From Clostridia bacterium (GTDB lineage Bacteria; Bacillota; Clostridia; Oscillospirales; CAG-272), in contig JAFSWB010000001.1 of NCBI GenBank assembly GCA_017444735.1, positions 1-61,339 of the forward strand: a DNA stretch of 61,339 nucleotides, in the 5' to 3' direction. Each line of letters begins with the position of its first letter. Within the stretch, counting starts at the first letter, position 1. The notes under the pieces were generated by a model. It was not told the origin of the DNA. It worked only from the letters and a program-made list of their open reading frames with translations, and ran no database searches. A program made the position numbers and the translations under genes. Positions 1 through 7,370 of the stretch are shown here, in pieces.

Positions 1-1
1 G

Positions 2-193
2 TATATCGTTACGAAGGATATTGTCAGAGCCGTCACGGTTATGGTTGTATTCTGCCCCTGCGCCCTCGTCCTTGCCACACCTACTGCGATAATGGCAGCA
101 ATCGGACAGGCTACCGGTGCCCTTGTTCATAATGCTGGTTCCTGTTTTGTTGTTTTGTTAGCGGCTCTTCTTTATGACCGGAAATACAATTGA
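2..193 (+). pseudogene. 3' part of a P1B heavy-metal P-type ATPase with a large in-frame internal deletion
   Basis: Frame 2 reads ...VTVMVVFCPCALVLATPTAIMAAIGQAT|GALVHNAGSCFVVLLAALLYDRKYN*. The CPC transmembrane motif is joined directly to the C-terminal HN helix and the DKTGT/N/P domains are absent. Confidence 0.75.
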
Positions 194-209
194 AACCCAA
201 AAAATAATA

Positions 210-246
210 ACGCCTCTGAGCCATATCGGCTCGGAGGCGTGTTTTT
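210..246 (+). terminator. Intrinsic terminator after ATPase remnant
   Basis: ACGCCTCTGAGCC-loop-GGCTCGGAGGCGT followed by GTTTTT. Confidence 0.6.
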
Positions 247-553
247 GCCACATCAACTCATCAAAAGCGTCACTTTCGATCTCGCTCATGTCCTCGATAG
301 GAAGAGACAAAATGCCAGTATGCGATTTCTATTTCGGTGCGGACAGCGTAACATTCGCCTTGCACGATTAGCAAGGATTTTTCGAGTTCAATATCTTCAA
401 TTAGCAGGAGCGCCTTTTTGATTAGCAAAAATGGAGTTTTTTTGCTAATTTCTATTAGCAAGACAGAAGATCAACCGTGATAATTAGCCACTTAATTGTT
501 TACAGTCTGTCCACCAATAAATGCAAGTGGAGTAGTAAGATTGGACGAAAACC

Positions 554-591
554 AAAAAAGCCGAAAACCCTTGAAAACAAAGGCTTTCGGC
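554..591 (-). terminator. Terminator downstream of tRNA-Arg
   Basis: GCCGAAAACCCTTG-AAAA-CAAAGGCTTTCGGC hairpin with a T-tract on the minus strand. Confidence 0.6.
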
Positions 592-599
592 GTTGTTTC

Positions 600-676
600 T
601 GGCACCCACGGGAGGATTCGAACCTCTGGCCTGCCGCTTAGGAGGCGGCCGCTCTATCCTGCTGGGCTACGTGGGC
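600..676 (-). tRNA. tRNA-Arg(CCT), complete, CCA encoded
   Basis: GCCCACGTAGCCCAGCAGGATAGAGCGGCCGCCT-CCT-AAGCGGCAGGCCAGAGGTTCGAATCCTCCCGTGGGTGCCA folds as a cloverleaf. Confidence 0.93.
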
Positions 677-751
677 GTGTGTACTTTTCAGGAACAATCT
701 CGAACTCTATAATGCCCGCTTTTCCTCCAAAGGCGATTGTTCCAACATAAC

Positions 752-791
752 CTTAGGAGGCGGTCGCTCTATCCTGCTGAGCTACGGAGAC
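752..791 (-). pseudogene. 5' half of a second tRNA-Arg(CCT), truncated just after the anticodon loop (att junction)
   Basis: GTCTCCGTAGCTCAGCAGGATAGAGCGACCGCCTCCTAAG; its acceptor strand (GTCTCCG) differs from the complete copy (GCCCACG). Confidence 0.85.
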
Positions 792-825
792 GTACCGATC
801 GGCGACTTTTCGGACGCCGGGTAAT

Positions 826-854
826 ATTTTATCACAATAAATACGCGTTTGCAA
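826..854 (-). promoter_or_regulatory. SigA-type promoter of the tRNA locus
   Basis: TTGCAA-17 nt-TAAAAT with TG extension on the minus strand. Confidence 0.65.
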
Positions 855-871
855 TACCCCGAGGCGTTTTT

Positions 872-1384
872 TTACTCTCCCGGAACGCGCAGCCGCTGTG
901 CGAGGAACTGCGCCGTCAAGCCCGTGAGAAGCCCGGTCGCGACGGCTGAGAGGACGAGGACCGGAGCGTATACGAGGACGGACGGCGACCTGTAGATCAC
1001 GACCGCCGCGGCGAGCTGTCCCGCGTTGTGAAAAATCGCTCCGACGACGCCCGCGACGAAGATCTGACGGTCGGTGATGAACCGCTTCAGAATGAGGACG
1101 GCGAGAAAGGAGAAAAGCCCTCCCGCAAGAGAAAAAACGATCCTGCCCGAGAAGATCCCGCCGATCACGACGCGCGTGAGCATCACGCCGAAGGCGTCCT
1201 TCGCGCCGACGCGCATCAGGACCCAGACGGTGACGATGTTTGCGAGTCCGAGCTTGACCCCCGGGATCGGCACGAGAGGCGGGATCTGCGCCTCGACGAC
1301 GAATATCACAAGGGCTATCGCCGCGAAAAGCGCGTCCTTTACGATCCTTTTCGCCGCGTTTCCGGCGCTTTTCCTTCCGCTCAT
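872..1384 (-). CDS. Gx transporter family (heptaprenyl diphosphate synthase component I-like) membrane protein
   Basis: E.QIPP.VPIPGVKLGLANI motif, HN.GQ motif, hydrophobic. Confidence 0.85.
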   Translation of the reverse strand: MSGRKSAGNAAKRIVKDALFAAIALVIFVVEAQIPPLVPIPGVKLGLANIVTVWVLMRVGAKDAFGVMLTRVVIGGIFSGRIVFSLAGGLFSFLAVLILKRFITDRQIFVAGVVGAIFHNAGQLAAAVVIYRSPSVLVYAPVLVLSAVATGLLTGLTAQFLAQRLRVPGE

Positions 1385-1765
1385 CTATCTCGCCTCCGCG
1401 TCAGCCCCGGCGTCGCCCGACGTGATCCTCACGGTCAGCCGGTGCGGCATACAGACGATGGGGTACGGTCTCTCCCCCGACGCCCAGCCGGCCGCGACGC
1501 ATATTTTGTCGGGACAGTCCGCCGCCGTCACCGCTATCATTCCCGGTCTTACGGTGACGGTGTTCCTGTCGCCGTCTTCGTCTCCGATCTCGATTTTGTA
1601 CTCTTCCGTCACGCGGTCGAGGTCGATCCTGTAAAGGACCTTTCCGTCCTTCACGATCTCCGCCGTCGTTCCGGCGGGGAGAAAAAAGCGGACGGCGATC
1701 GCGGCGGCCGCCGCGACGGCGGCGATCACGGCGATTATGATTATCCACGTTCTCGTCTTTATCAT
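1385..1765 (-). CDS. NusG domain II-containing exported protein
   Basis: N-terminal TM segment, ADCPDKICV and PIVCMPHRL motifs. Confidence 0.85.
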   Translation of the reverse strand: MIKTRTWIIIIAVIAAVAAAAAIAVRFFLPAGTTAEIVKDGKVLYRIDLDRVTEEYKIEIGDEDGDRNTVTVRPGMIAVTAADCPDKICVAAGWASGERPYPIVCMPHRLTVRITSGDAGADAEAR

Positions 1766-2769
1766 GAGACAATCCTCAATGTGTATCCTGAATCCTCTTC
1801 TCGGGTGAACGCGTCCTTCAGTCCGTCCGTTATGACAATCTCTCCGCCGCTTGTGACGAGGATCATCTCAAAGTCGCGCGTTTCCCGCCACAGTCCGACC
1901 GCGCGCTCCTCGCCCATCACGAAGACAGCCGTTGAGAGCCCGTCCGCGGTCGTCCCGCTCTTCCCGACGACGGTCGCCGAAAGAAGACCCGAGTCGGCGG
2001 GGGACGCGGTGGCGGGGTCGATTATGTGCCAGATCCTTCTGCCGGACGCGTCGTTGAAATAGCGCTCGTACCCTCCGGAGGTGACGACGAAGAGGTCGGA
2101 CGCCTCCACCGTCCCGACGGAGCCGTCGCCGGCGGGGTCGCGGACCGCTATCCGCCACGGGGAGCCGTCCGGACGCGAGCCCAAAGCGCCGATATTCCCG
2201 CCAAGATCGATGAGAGCGGACGATACGCCGTTTTCCTTCAGGATCGCGGCGGCGCGGTCTGAAAGATACCCCTTTGCGACGGCGCCGAGATCGACTCCCG
2301 CGCCCTTGGGGATACGGATCGTTCCTTTCTCGATCCGGACCCCTTCGTATCCGATCTTTTCAGTTATTTTCGCGAGCTCTTCCTTCGACGGGACGCGGTT
2401 TTCGCCCGTTGTGAATCCCCACGCCCTGACGGCGGGGTAGACCGTGACGTCGAGCGCCCCTCCCGTCGCCCGGCTGATCCGGAGCGACTCGCCGACGAGC
2501 TTCAGCGTGTCGGCGGACGCCTTGACCTCCCCGTCTCTGTTGAGCGCGGAGATCTCGCTGTCCTTATCCGTCACGGAAAAAAGCGTCTCGAGACGCGCCG
2601 CCTCGGCTTTGACCTGGTCGCCGGCGTCGGTCCCGTAGGTACGGACGGACATATACGTGTCCATGGCGAAAAACTCTGTCGTGTATCCGCGGTCGGAGGC
2701 GCATGACGCGAGGGATATCGCAGCGGCGGCGGCGCAAAGAAAAACGGCGGTTCGTTTCAGCATTATCAT
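1762..2769 (-). CDS. apbE: FAD:protein FMN transferase (lipoprotein)
   Basis: FAMDT, DLGAVAKGY, TSGGYER, HIIDP and ADGLST motifs; lipobox LASC. Confidence 0.93.
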   Translation of the reverse strand: MIMLKRTAVFLCAAAAAISLASCASDRGYTTEFFAMDTYMSVRTYGTDAGDQVKAEAARLETLFSVTDKDSEISALNRDGEVKASADTLKLVGESLRISRATGGALDVTVYPAVRAWGFTTGENRVPSKEELAKITEKIGYEGVRIEKGTIRIPKGAGVDLGAVAKGYLSDRAAAILKENGVSSALIDLGGNIGALGSRPDGSPWRIAVRDPAGDGSVGTVEASDLFVVTSGGYERYFNDASGRRIWHIIDPATASPADSGLLSATVVGKSGTTADGLSTAVFVMGEERAVGLWRETRDFEMILVTSGGEIVITDGLKDAFTREEDSGYTLRIVS

Positions 2770-2836
2770 TCACCAAAGAGGCGGCGGCGCTCAGACAGAA
2801 CACCGCCGCCGTTTTAATTTACGACGTGATTTTCGA

Positions 2837-3361
2837 TTATTCTTCTTCTTCTTCGGACCCGGCCGTTTCTTCGACGGGCTCGGTAGCGGCGGCGGTGTCG
2901 GCCTGATCCGTATCGTCGTCCTTCGCCTCGGTATTCGTCCACGAGTCGAGATAGTAGACGATGACGTCGCCGTCATGGACGACCGCCTTGCTCGCGAGCT
3001 CGGTCGCGTCCTTCTGGTTCAGCTTATAGATCCAGCCGGAGACGACGCCGTTCTGCGTGCGTTCCTTCTGTCCCTTGATCGCGGTGATACGGCCGCCCTC
3101 CACGCTCTCGTCGATCGAGTACTGGATGGCGTTTTCATCGAGGATCTCGCGAGTCGCCTGAAGAACGGTGGGGGGATTGCTTTCCGTTCCTTTTACGGTC
3201 CCTTCCATAACGCCGCAGATGAGGTCCTTGTCGCCGTTCGGCTTTATTTTGATGACGGAAAGTCTGACCGTGGCGGAGACGACGTTTCCGCCGCAGGCGA
3301 TCATTCCCGTCGACAGGAAAACGATTGCCAGAATAAGTGCTGTCGCTTTGATTATTTTCAT
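2837..3361 (-). CDS. Lipoprotein, DUF4430-like, with acidic tail
   Basis: Lipobox MIAC; ITAIKG...GWIYKLN...DGDVIVY resembles DUF4430. Confidence 0.6.
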   Translation of the reverse strand: MKIIKATALILAIVFLSTGMIACGGNVVSATVRLSVIKIKPNGDKDLICGVMEGTVKGTESNPPTVLQATREILDENAIQYSIDESVEGGRITAIKGQKERTQNGVVSGWIYKLNQKDATELASKAVVHDGDVIVYYLDSWTNTEAKDDDTDQADTAAATEPVEETAGSEEEEE

Positions 3362-3449
3362 TTTGAAAAATCCTTTCGTGAATGCTTATCGCGCTATCAC
3401 AAATATACAATATTTGCGCGTTTTTGTCAATATCCTTTTGAGAGGATTT

Positions 3450-3941
3450 TCAGTTAAGGACGGCGAATCCCACGGTGAGATACAGGAAATACGCCTCGAG
3501 CGCCCAGAGCGGGACGGCGGCCAAAAAGACGGAGGCGTAAAATTTCCCGCACGATACGGCGGCGGGAATGAGGACCGCGGCGGAGAGGAGGAGCGCGGAG
3601 GCGGCGACGACGCATTTCGCCGAGAAAAAGAGGGGACACCAGAACAGAGCGAAGAAAAACGCCGCCGCCGAGTTGATGAGGGGCGCCGGTTGGTCGCGTC
3701 TTCTCCCGAGGCAGATCGCCGCGAAAAAGCCGAAGAAGAGATAGGCGGCGACCGACAGGGCGAAGAGGACGAAAAGGGGAGGGGTAAAGGGCGGCTTTCT
3801 CATTACCCGCCAGAAGAAGGGAACGCCGCCCGTCGTGACCCACGTCAGGACGCCGAGGACGGCGGCGACGGCGGGCAGGACGATAAACGCCGCTTTCGGC
3901 GCCGATACGCAGACAAGGTCGCTTTTCAGTTTCTTCAGCAT
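3450..3941 (-). CDS. TspO/MBR family membrane protein
   Basis: KPPFTPP and W.PLFF motifs, multiple TM segments. Confidence 0.65.
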   Translation of the reverse strand: MLKKLKSDLVCVSAPKAAFIVLPAVAAVLGVLTWVTTGGVPFFWRVMRKPPFTPPLFVLFALSVAAYLFFGFFAAICLGRRRDQPAPLINSAAAFFFALFWCPLFFSAKCVVAASALLLSAAVLIPAAVSCGKFYASVFLAAVPLWALEAYFLYLTVGFAVLN

Positions 3942-3998
3942 AAAAAATCACCTCATAAAAAGATATGAGGTGAAAAATCGCCGTATTCGGGCGGCGCG

Positions 3999-4733
3999 TC
4001 ATCCGCGGCTTTTCCATCCGTCGATCCCGCCGCGCTCCAGCGCGCCGACGACGGCTTTGTAAACGCCCCTGTAATCGCGGTCGAGGGAACGGAGCGTTTT
4101 TTTCATCCTCTCACGCTCGGTCGCTCCGTCCTCGGGACAGACCTTCTCCGCGACCGGGAGCGAAAAGGCGCGGCAGAGCGGAGCGATCTCACGTTCCCGC
4201 ATATAGATCAAAGGGCGGATCAGACGCACTTTTTCGTACTCCGTCACGGGCGAAAAGCAGGCGACCTTTCCGCCGAGAAGAAGGTTCATCATAAACGTCT
4301 CCGCGGCGTCGTCCATGTGATGGCCGAGCGCGAGGACGCCGCACCCGAGCGCCTCCGCCGCGTCGTTCAGCGCGCCGCGCCTGAGACGCGAGCACAGACT
4401 GCACGGGCTTCCCTCGTTCCTCGCTTCAAAAACGATCGACGCGATCTTCGTTTTTATAACCGTGTGGCGCACTCCGATCCTTTCGCAGAACGAGGAGAGC
4501 GCGGAGTAGTCGGCGTCCTTTCCCGTGACGTCCGAAAAAGACGGATCGACGGTGACGGCTTCGAGCCCGAAGTCGTAGTCGCCGAAATGCGAAAGCTCCG
4601 AGAGGAGCCATAAAAGGGCGGTCGAATCCTTTCCGCCGGAAACGCCGACGGCGATCCTGTCGCCCGGTTTTATCATTCCGTAGTTTTCGACCGCCCGGCG
4701 GATTACGCCGAGCGCCGTTTGCTTGTTTTTCAT
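3999..4733 (-). CDS. ttcA: tRNA 2-thiocytidine biosynthesis TtcA family protein
   Basis: PP-loop SGGKDS, CSLCSRLRRG, GHHMDD, IRPL. Confidence 0.88.
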   Translation of the reverse strand: MKNKQTALGVIRRAVENYGMIKPGDRIAVGVSGGKDSTALLWLLSELSHFGDYDFGLEAVTVDPSFSDVTGKDADYSALSSFCERIGVRHTVIKTKIASIVFEARNEGSPCSLCSRLRRGALNDAAEALGCGVLALGHHMDDAAETFMMNLLLGGKVACFSPVTEYEKVRLIRPLIYMREREIAPLCRAFSLPVAEKVCPEDGATERERMKKTLRSLDRDYRGVYKAVVGALERGGIDGWKSRG

Positions 4734-4809
4734 CGTTTGTCCTTTGTGTCAATCGGCGGCGAGCCGAATAAAATGGTATCGATCCCATATTCCGAAAGGA
4801 GCGATTGAA

Positions 4810-5373
4810 ATGGCGGAAAAGATATACATAGATCAGGGGCACAACCCGGTCAACCCGAATGCGGGAGCGGAGGGGAACGGTCTGCGGGAGCAGGACCTCG
4901 TTTACACGATAGGGCAGAGACTGTCGGAAATACTGAGAGCGGGAGGGCTTGAGACGAGACTGTCGCGGCCGTCTCCGACGACCCAGCTCGGAACGTCCGT
5001 CGCGTCGTCGCTCGCCGCGCGCGTCAACGACGCGAACGCGTGGGGCGCGGACTGGTTCGTCAGTCTCCACACCAACGCGTCGAGCATCGTATCGGCGAGC
5101 GGGTCGGAGTGCTTCGTTTACAGCGAGACGAGTCCGGCTTACGTTCTCGCGGAGAATATCGCGTTCCAGCTCAACGCCGCCACGGGGCTCCGGGACAGGG
5201 GCGTCTTTACCCGCCCGTCGCTCTACGTCCTGAGGCGGACGGCGATGCCCGCCGTCCTCGTCGAGCTCGGATTCATCACGAATCCGTACGACGCGGAGCT
5301 GATGCGGTCGTCTCCCGAGATCTTCGCCGCGGGCGTCGCGAACGGCGTGTTCGCGTATCTCGGGCTTCTGTAG
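4810..5373 (+). CDS. N-acetylmuramoyl-L-alanine amidase (Amidase_3)
   Basis: IDQGH, SLHTN, VLVELGFITN; start placed at ATG 4810 after AAGGAG. Confidence 0.9.
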   Translation: MAEKIYIDQGHNPVNPNAGAEGNGLREQDLVYTIGQRLSEILRAGGLETRLSRPSPTTQLGTSVASSLAARVNDANAWGADWFVSLHTNASSIVSASGSECFVYSETSPAYVLAENIAFQLNAATGLRDRGVFTRPSLYVLRRTAMPAVLVELGFITNPYDAELMRSSPEIFAAGVANGVFAYLGLL

Positions 5374-5382
5374 AGCCCGGGG

Positions 5383-6084
5383 TCACTTTTCCTCCGGCGG
5401 GAGAAGATCGGGGCGGCGCATGCGCGTCAGCTCCTCGGCTTTCTGCCGCCTCCAGTCGTCGATATTCTTGTGATGACCGCTTATCAGGACCTCCGGGACT
5501 TTCATTCCGTGAAATTCCGGAGGTCTCGTGTACTGCGGAAATTCGAGAAGACCGCCGGAAAACGACTCGACCTCGAAGCACTCGGGGTCGGACAGCACGC
5601 CGGGGCAGAGCCTTCCGACGCAGTCGGCGAGGATGCAGGCGGGTATCTCGCCGCCGGTGAGGACGAAGTCTCCGATCGAGATCTCCTCGTCGATTATCTC
5701 GTCGATCACGCGCTGATCGACGCCCTCGTAGTGGCCGCATAGGATTATGAGCTGTCCGTATTCCGAAAGGGAGCGGGCGATCCCTTGCGTCAGCGTTTTC
5801 CCGCGCGGGCTCATATATATCGTTCTGATCTTTTCGCGGGGGAGGGAAGAGGGATCTTCGACAATTGCAGAATAACAGTTCCAGATCGGCGGAGCCGCCA
5901 TCAGCATCCCTTTTCCGCCGCCGTAAGGCGTGTCGTCGACCCGTCTGTTCTTATCCTCGGAATAATCCCTTATGTTATAGGTTCTCACGTCGAGAGCGCC
6001 GCTTTTTCTCGCTCTTCCGATGATGCTCTCGGAGAGGACCGTGTCGACGAATTCCGGGAAAAGAGTCATTATATCTATCCTCAT
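5383..6084 (-). CDS. trmD: tRNA (guanine37-N1)-methyltransferase
   Basis: VDDTPYGGG.GM, CGHYEGVDQR, SIGDFVLTGGE. Confidence 0.97.
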   Translation of the reverse strand: MRIDIMTLFPEFVDTVLSESIIGRARKSGALDVRTYNIRDYSEDKNRRVDDTPYGGGKGMLMAAPPIWNCYSAIVEDPSSLPREKIRTIYMSPRGKTLTQGIARSLSEYGQLIILCGHYEGVDQRVIDEIIDEEISIGDFVLTGGEIPACILADCVGRLCPGVLSDPECFEVESFSGGLLEFPQYTRPPEFHGMKVPEVLISGHHKNIDDWRRQKAEELTRMRRPDLLPPEEK

Positions 6085-6617
6085 TTTTCTTCTCCCCCGC
6101 CGTCCGTCATCCCGTCTATGAGATGAACGTAAATACCCGCGCCGTCCCCGTCGGGGACGACTTTTTTTATGAATTCGGGGACGCCGGGGATCATGAACTC
6201 TCCCCCGCGCTCCGTTTTTACGACGTAGATATGCTGGATCCTGTCCGTCATCACGTCGGACAGCGTGCCGACCGCGGCGCCCCGTTCCTCGTCGACGACG
6301 GGAAGCCCGATGACGTCGGCGATGAAGAAATCGCCCTCTTCAAGATCGAACGATTCTCTGTCGGCGAAGAAAACCGTCCCTTTCATCGCGGCGGCGCGGT
6401 CGAGATCGTCGATCCCCTCGACGGAGGTGACGACGAACCCTTTGTGGACGAACGCTCCCGTGACCCGCCACTCGCGCATCGATCCGTCCTTTTCCTTCGT
6501 ATAGATCTTCTTCAGAGCGAGAAGGTCCTCCGAAGCGTTGCAGAGACTTTTCAGCTTCATCATGCCGCGGACCCCGTGCGTTCCTGCCACGGCGGCGCAT
6601 TCAAGATATTTATTCAA
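6081..6617 (-). CDS. rimM: Ribosome maturation factor RimM
   Basis: GTHGVRG motif, DVIGL.V PRC barrel, adjacent to trmD. Confidence 0.93.
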   Translation of the reverse strand: MNKYLECAAVAGTHGVRGMMKLKSLCNASEDLLALKKIYTKEKDGSMREWRVTGAFVHKGFVVTSVEGIDDLDRAAAMKGTVFFADRESFDLEEGDFFIADVIGLPVVDEERGAAVGTLSDVMTDRIQHIYVVKTERGGEFMIPGVPEFIKKVVPDGDGAGIYVHLIDGMTDGGGEEK

Positions 6618-6680
6618 GATCGGTCCTCCCCGGTTTTTTGTTATTTTACCATATTATTTACAAGGAATCAACAAATGCGC

Positions 6681-6709
6681 TTTACTTTGACCGGTCCGTG
6701 TGATATAAT
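6681..6709 (+). promoter_or_regulatory. SigA promoter of queT
   Basis: TTTACT-17 nt-TATAAT with TG extension. Confidence 0.6.
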
Positions 6710-6730
6710 GAGCGACGGTGTCTTCACACC

Positions 6731-6786
6731 GGTGAGTTCGAAACCATCCTCACCCGGCCCGCACGGCCCAAATCAAAACTAAGGGG
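6731..6786 (+). promoter_or_regulatory. PreQ1-I riboswitch overlapping the RBS
   Basis: P1 GGTGAG/CTCACC, loop TTCGAAACCATC, A-rich tail AAAACTAAGGGG; directly upstream of QueT. Confidence 0.8.
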
Positions 6787-6792
6787 AAAAAA

Positions 6793-7335
6793 ATGAAAGA
6801 AAAGATCCGTTTCATCACGACGGGCGCGGTCATCGCCGCCCTGTACGCCGCGCTTACGATGGCGCTGTGGGAGATCTCCTCCGCGGGGATCCAGTTCCGG
6901 CTGTCGGAGGCGCTTTGCGTTCTTCCCGCGTTCACTCCCGCCGCCATTCCCGGGGTGACGATCGGCTGCGCGATCGCAAACATTATCGGAGGCACGTGGG
7001 TCGACGTCGTTTTCGGCTCGCTCGCGACTCTCCTGGCGGCGATCGCGACGTATATGATCGGCAGGTCGTTCAAGGTAGGCGAGAGGAAGAACGTCGGCGT
7101 CGGCGCGGCGATCCTCTGCCCGCTTCCGCCCGTGATCTTCAACGCGGCGATCATCCCGTTCGTCCTCTACTACGGATACGGAGTGACGACGACCCTCGGC
7201 GCAGACGGCAAATTCGCCGTCCTCGGACTGCACGCTCTGACGGTCGGAGTCGGCGAGGCGGCTGTCTGTTACATACTCGGACTTCCGCTGATGGACGCCG
7301 TCAACAGGATAGGAAAGAAAGTTAAGATATACTGA
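6793..7335 (+). CDS. queT: QueT family queuosine-precursor transporter
   Basis: IAALYAALT, IQFRLSEAL, GCAIAN, DVVFGSLATL. Confidence 0.9.
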   Translation: MKEKIRFITTGAVIAALYAALTMALWEISSAGIQFRLSEALCVLPAFTPAAIPGVTIGCAIANIIGGTWVDVVFGSLATLLAAIATYMIGRSFKVGERKNVGVGAAILCPLPPVIFNAAIIPFVLYYGYGVTTTLGADGKFAVLGLHALTVGVGEAAVCYILGLPLMDAVNRIGKKVKIY

Positions 7336-7370
7336 AAAAAAGATCCCGGTCGTCCCGGGATCTTTATTTT
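7335..7370. terminator. Bidirectional terminator
   Basis: AAAGATCCCGG-loop-CCGGGATCTTT between convergent genes. Confidence 0.7.

Larger units (their letters stand above)
1..757. mobile_element. Right end of a putative integrative element inserted in tRNA-Arg(CCT)
   Basis: Visibly AT-richer than the rest of the window. Ends at a tRNA fragment broken at the anticodon loop (CCTTAGG core, 751-757) and carries degraded metal-resistance cargo. No integrase lies within the window. Confidence 0.6.

Noticed and set aside
422-448. CIRCE element
   Set aside because: Geometry matches, but the inner triplets are AAA/TTT rather than CTC/GAG and no heat-shock gene follows.
600-791. Intron-containing or split tRNA
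   Set aside because: The 5' stub's acceptor strand does not pair with the 3' end of the full tRNA, which is already complete by itself.
174-949. Small ORFs at the left end
   Set aside because: They overlap tRNA sequences, terminators and motif arrays, and show no recognisable protein features.
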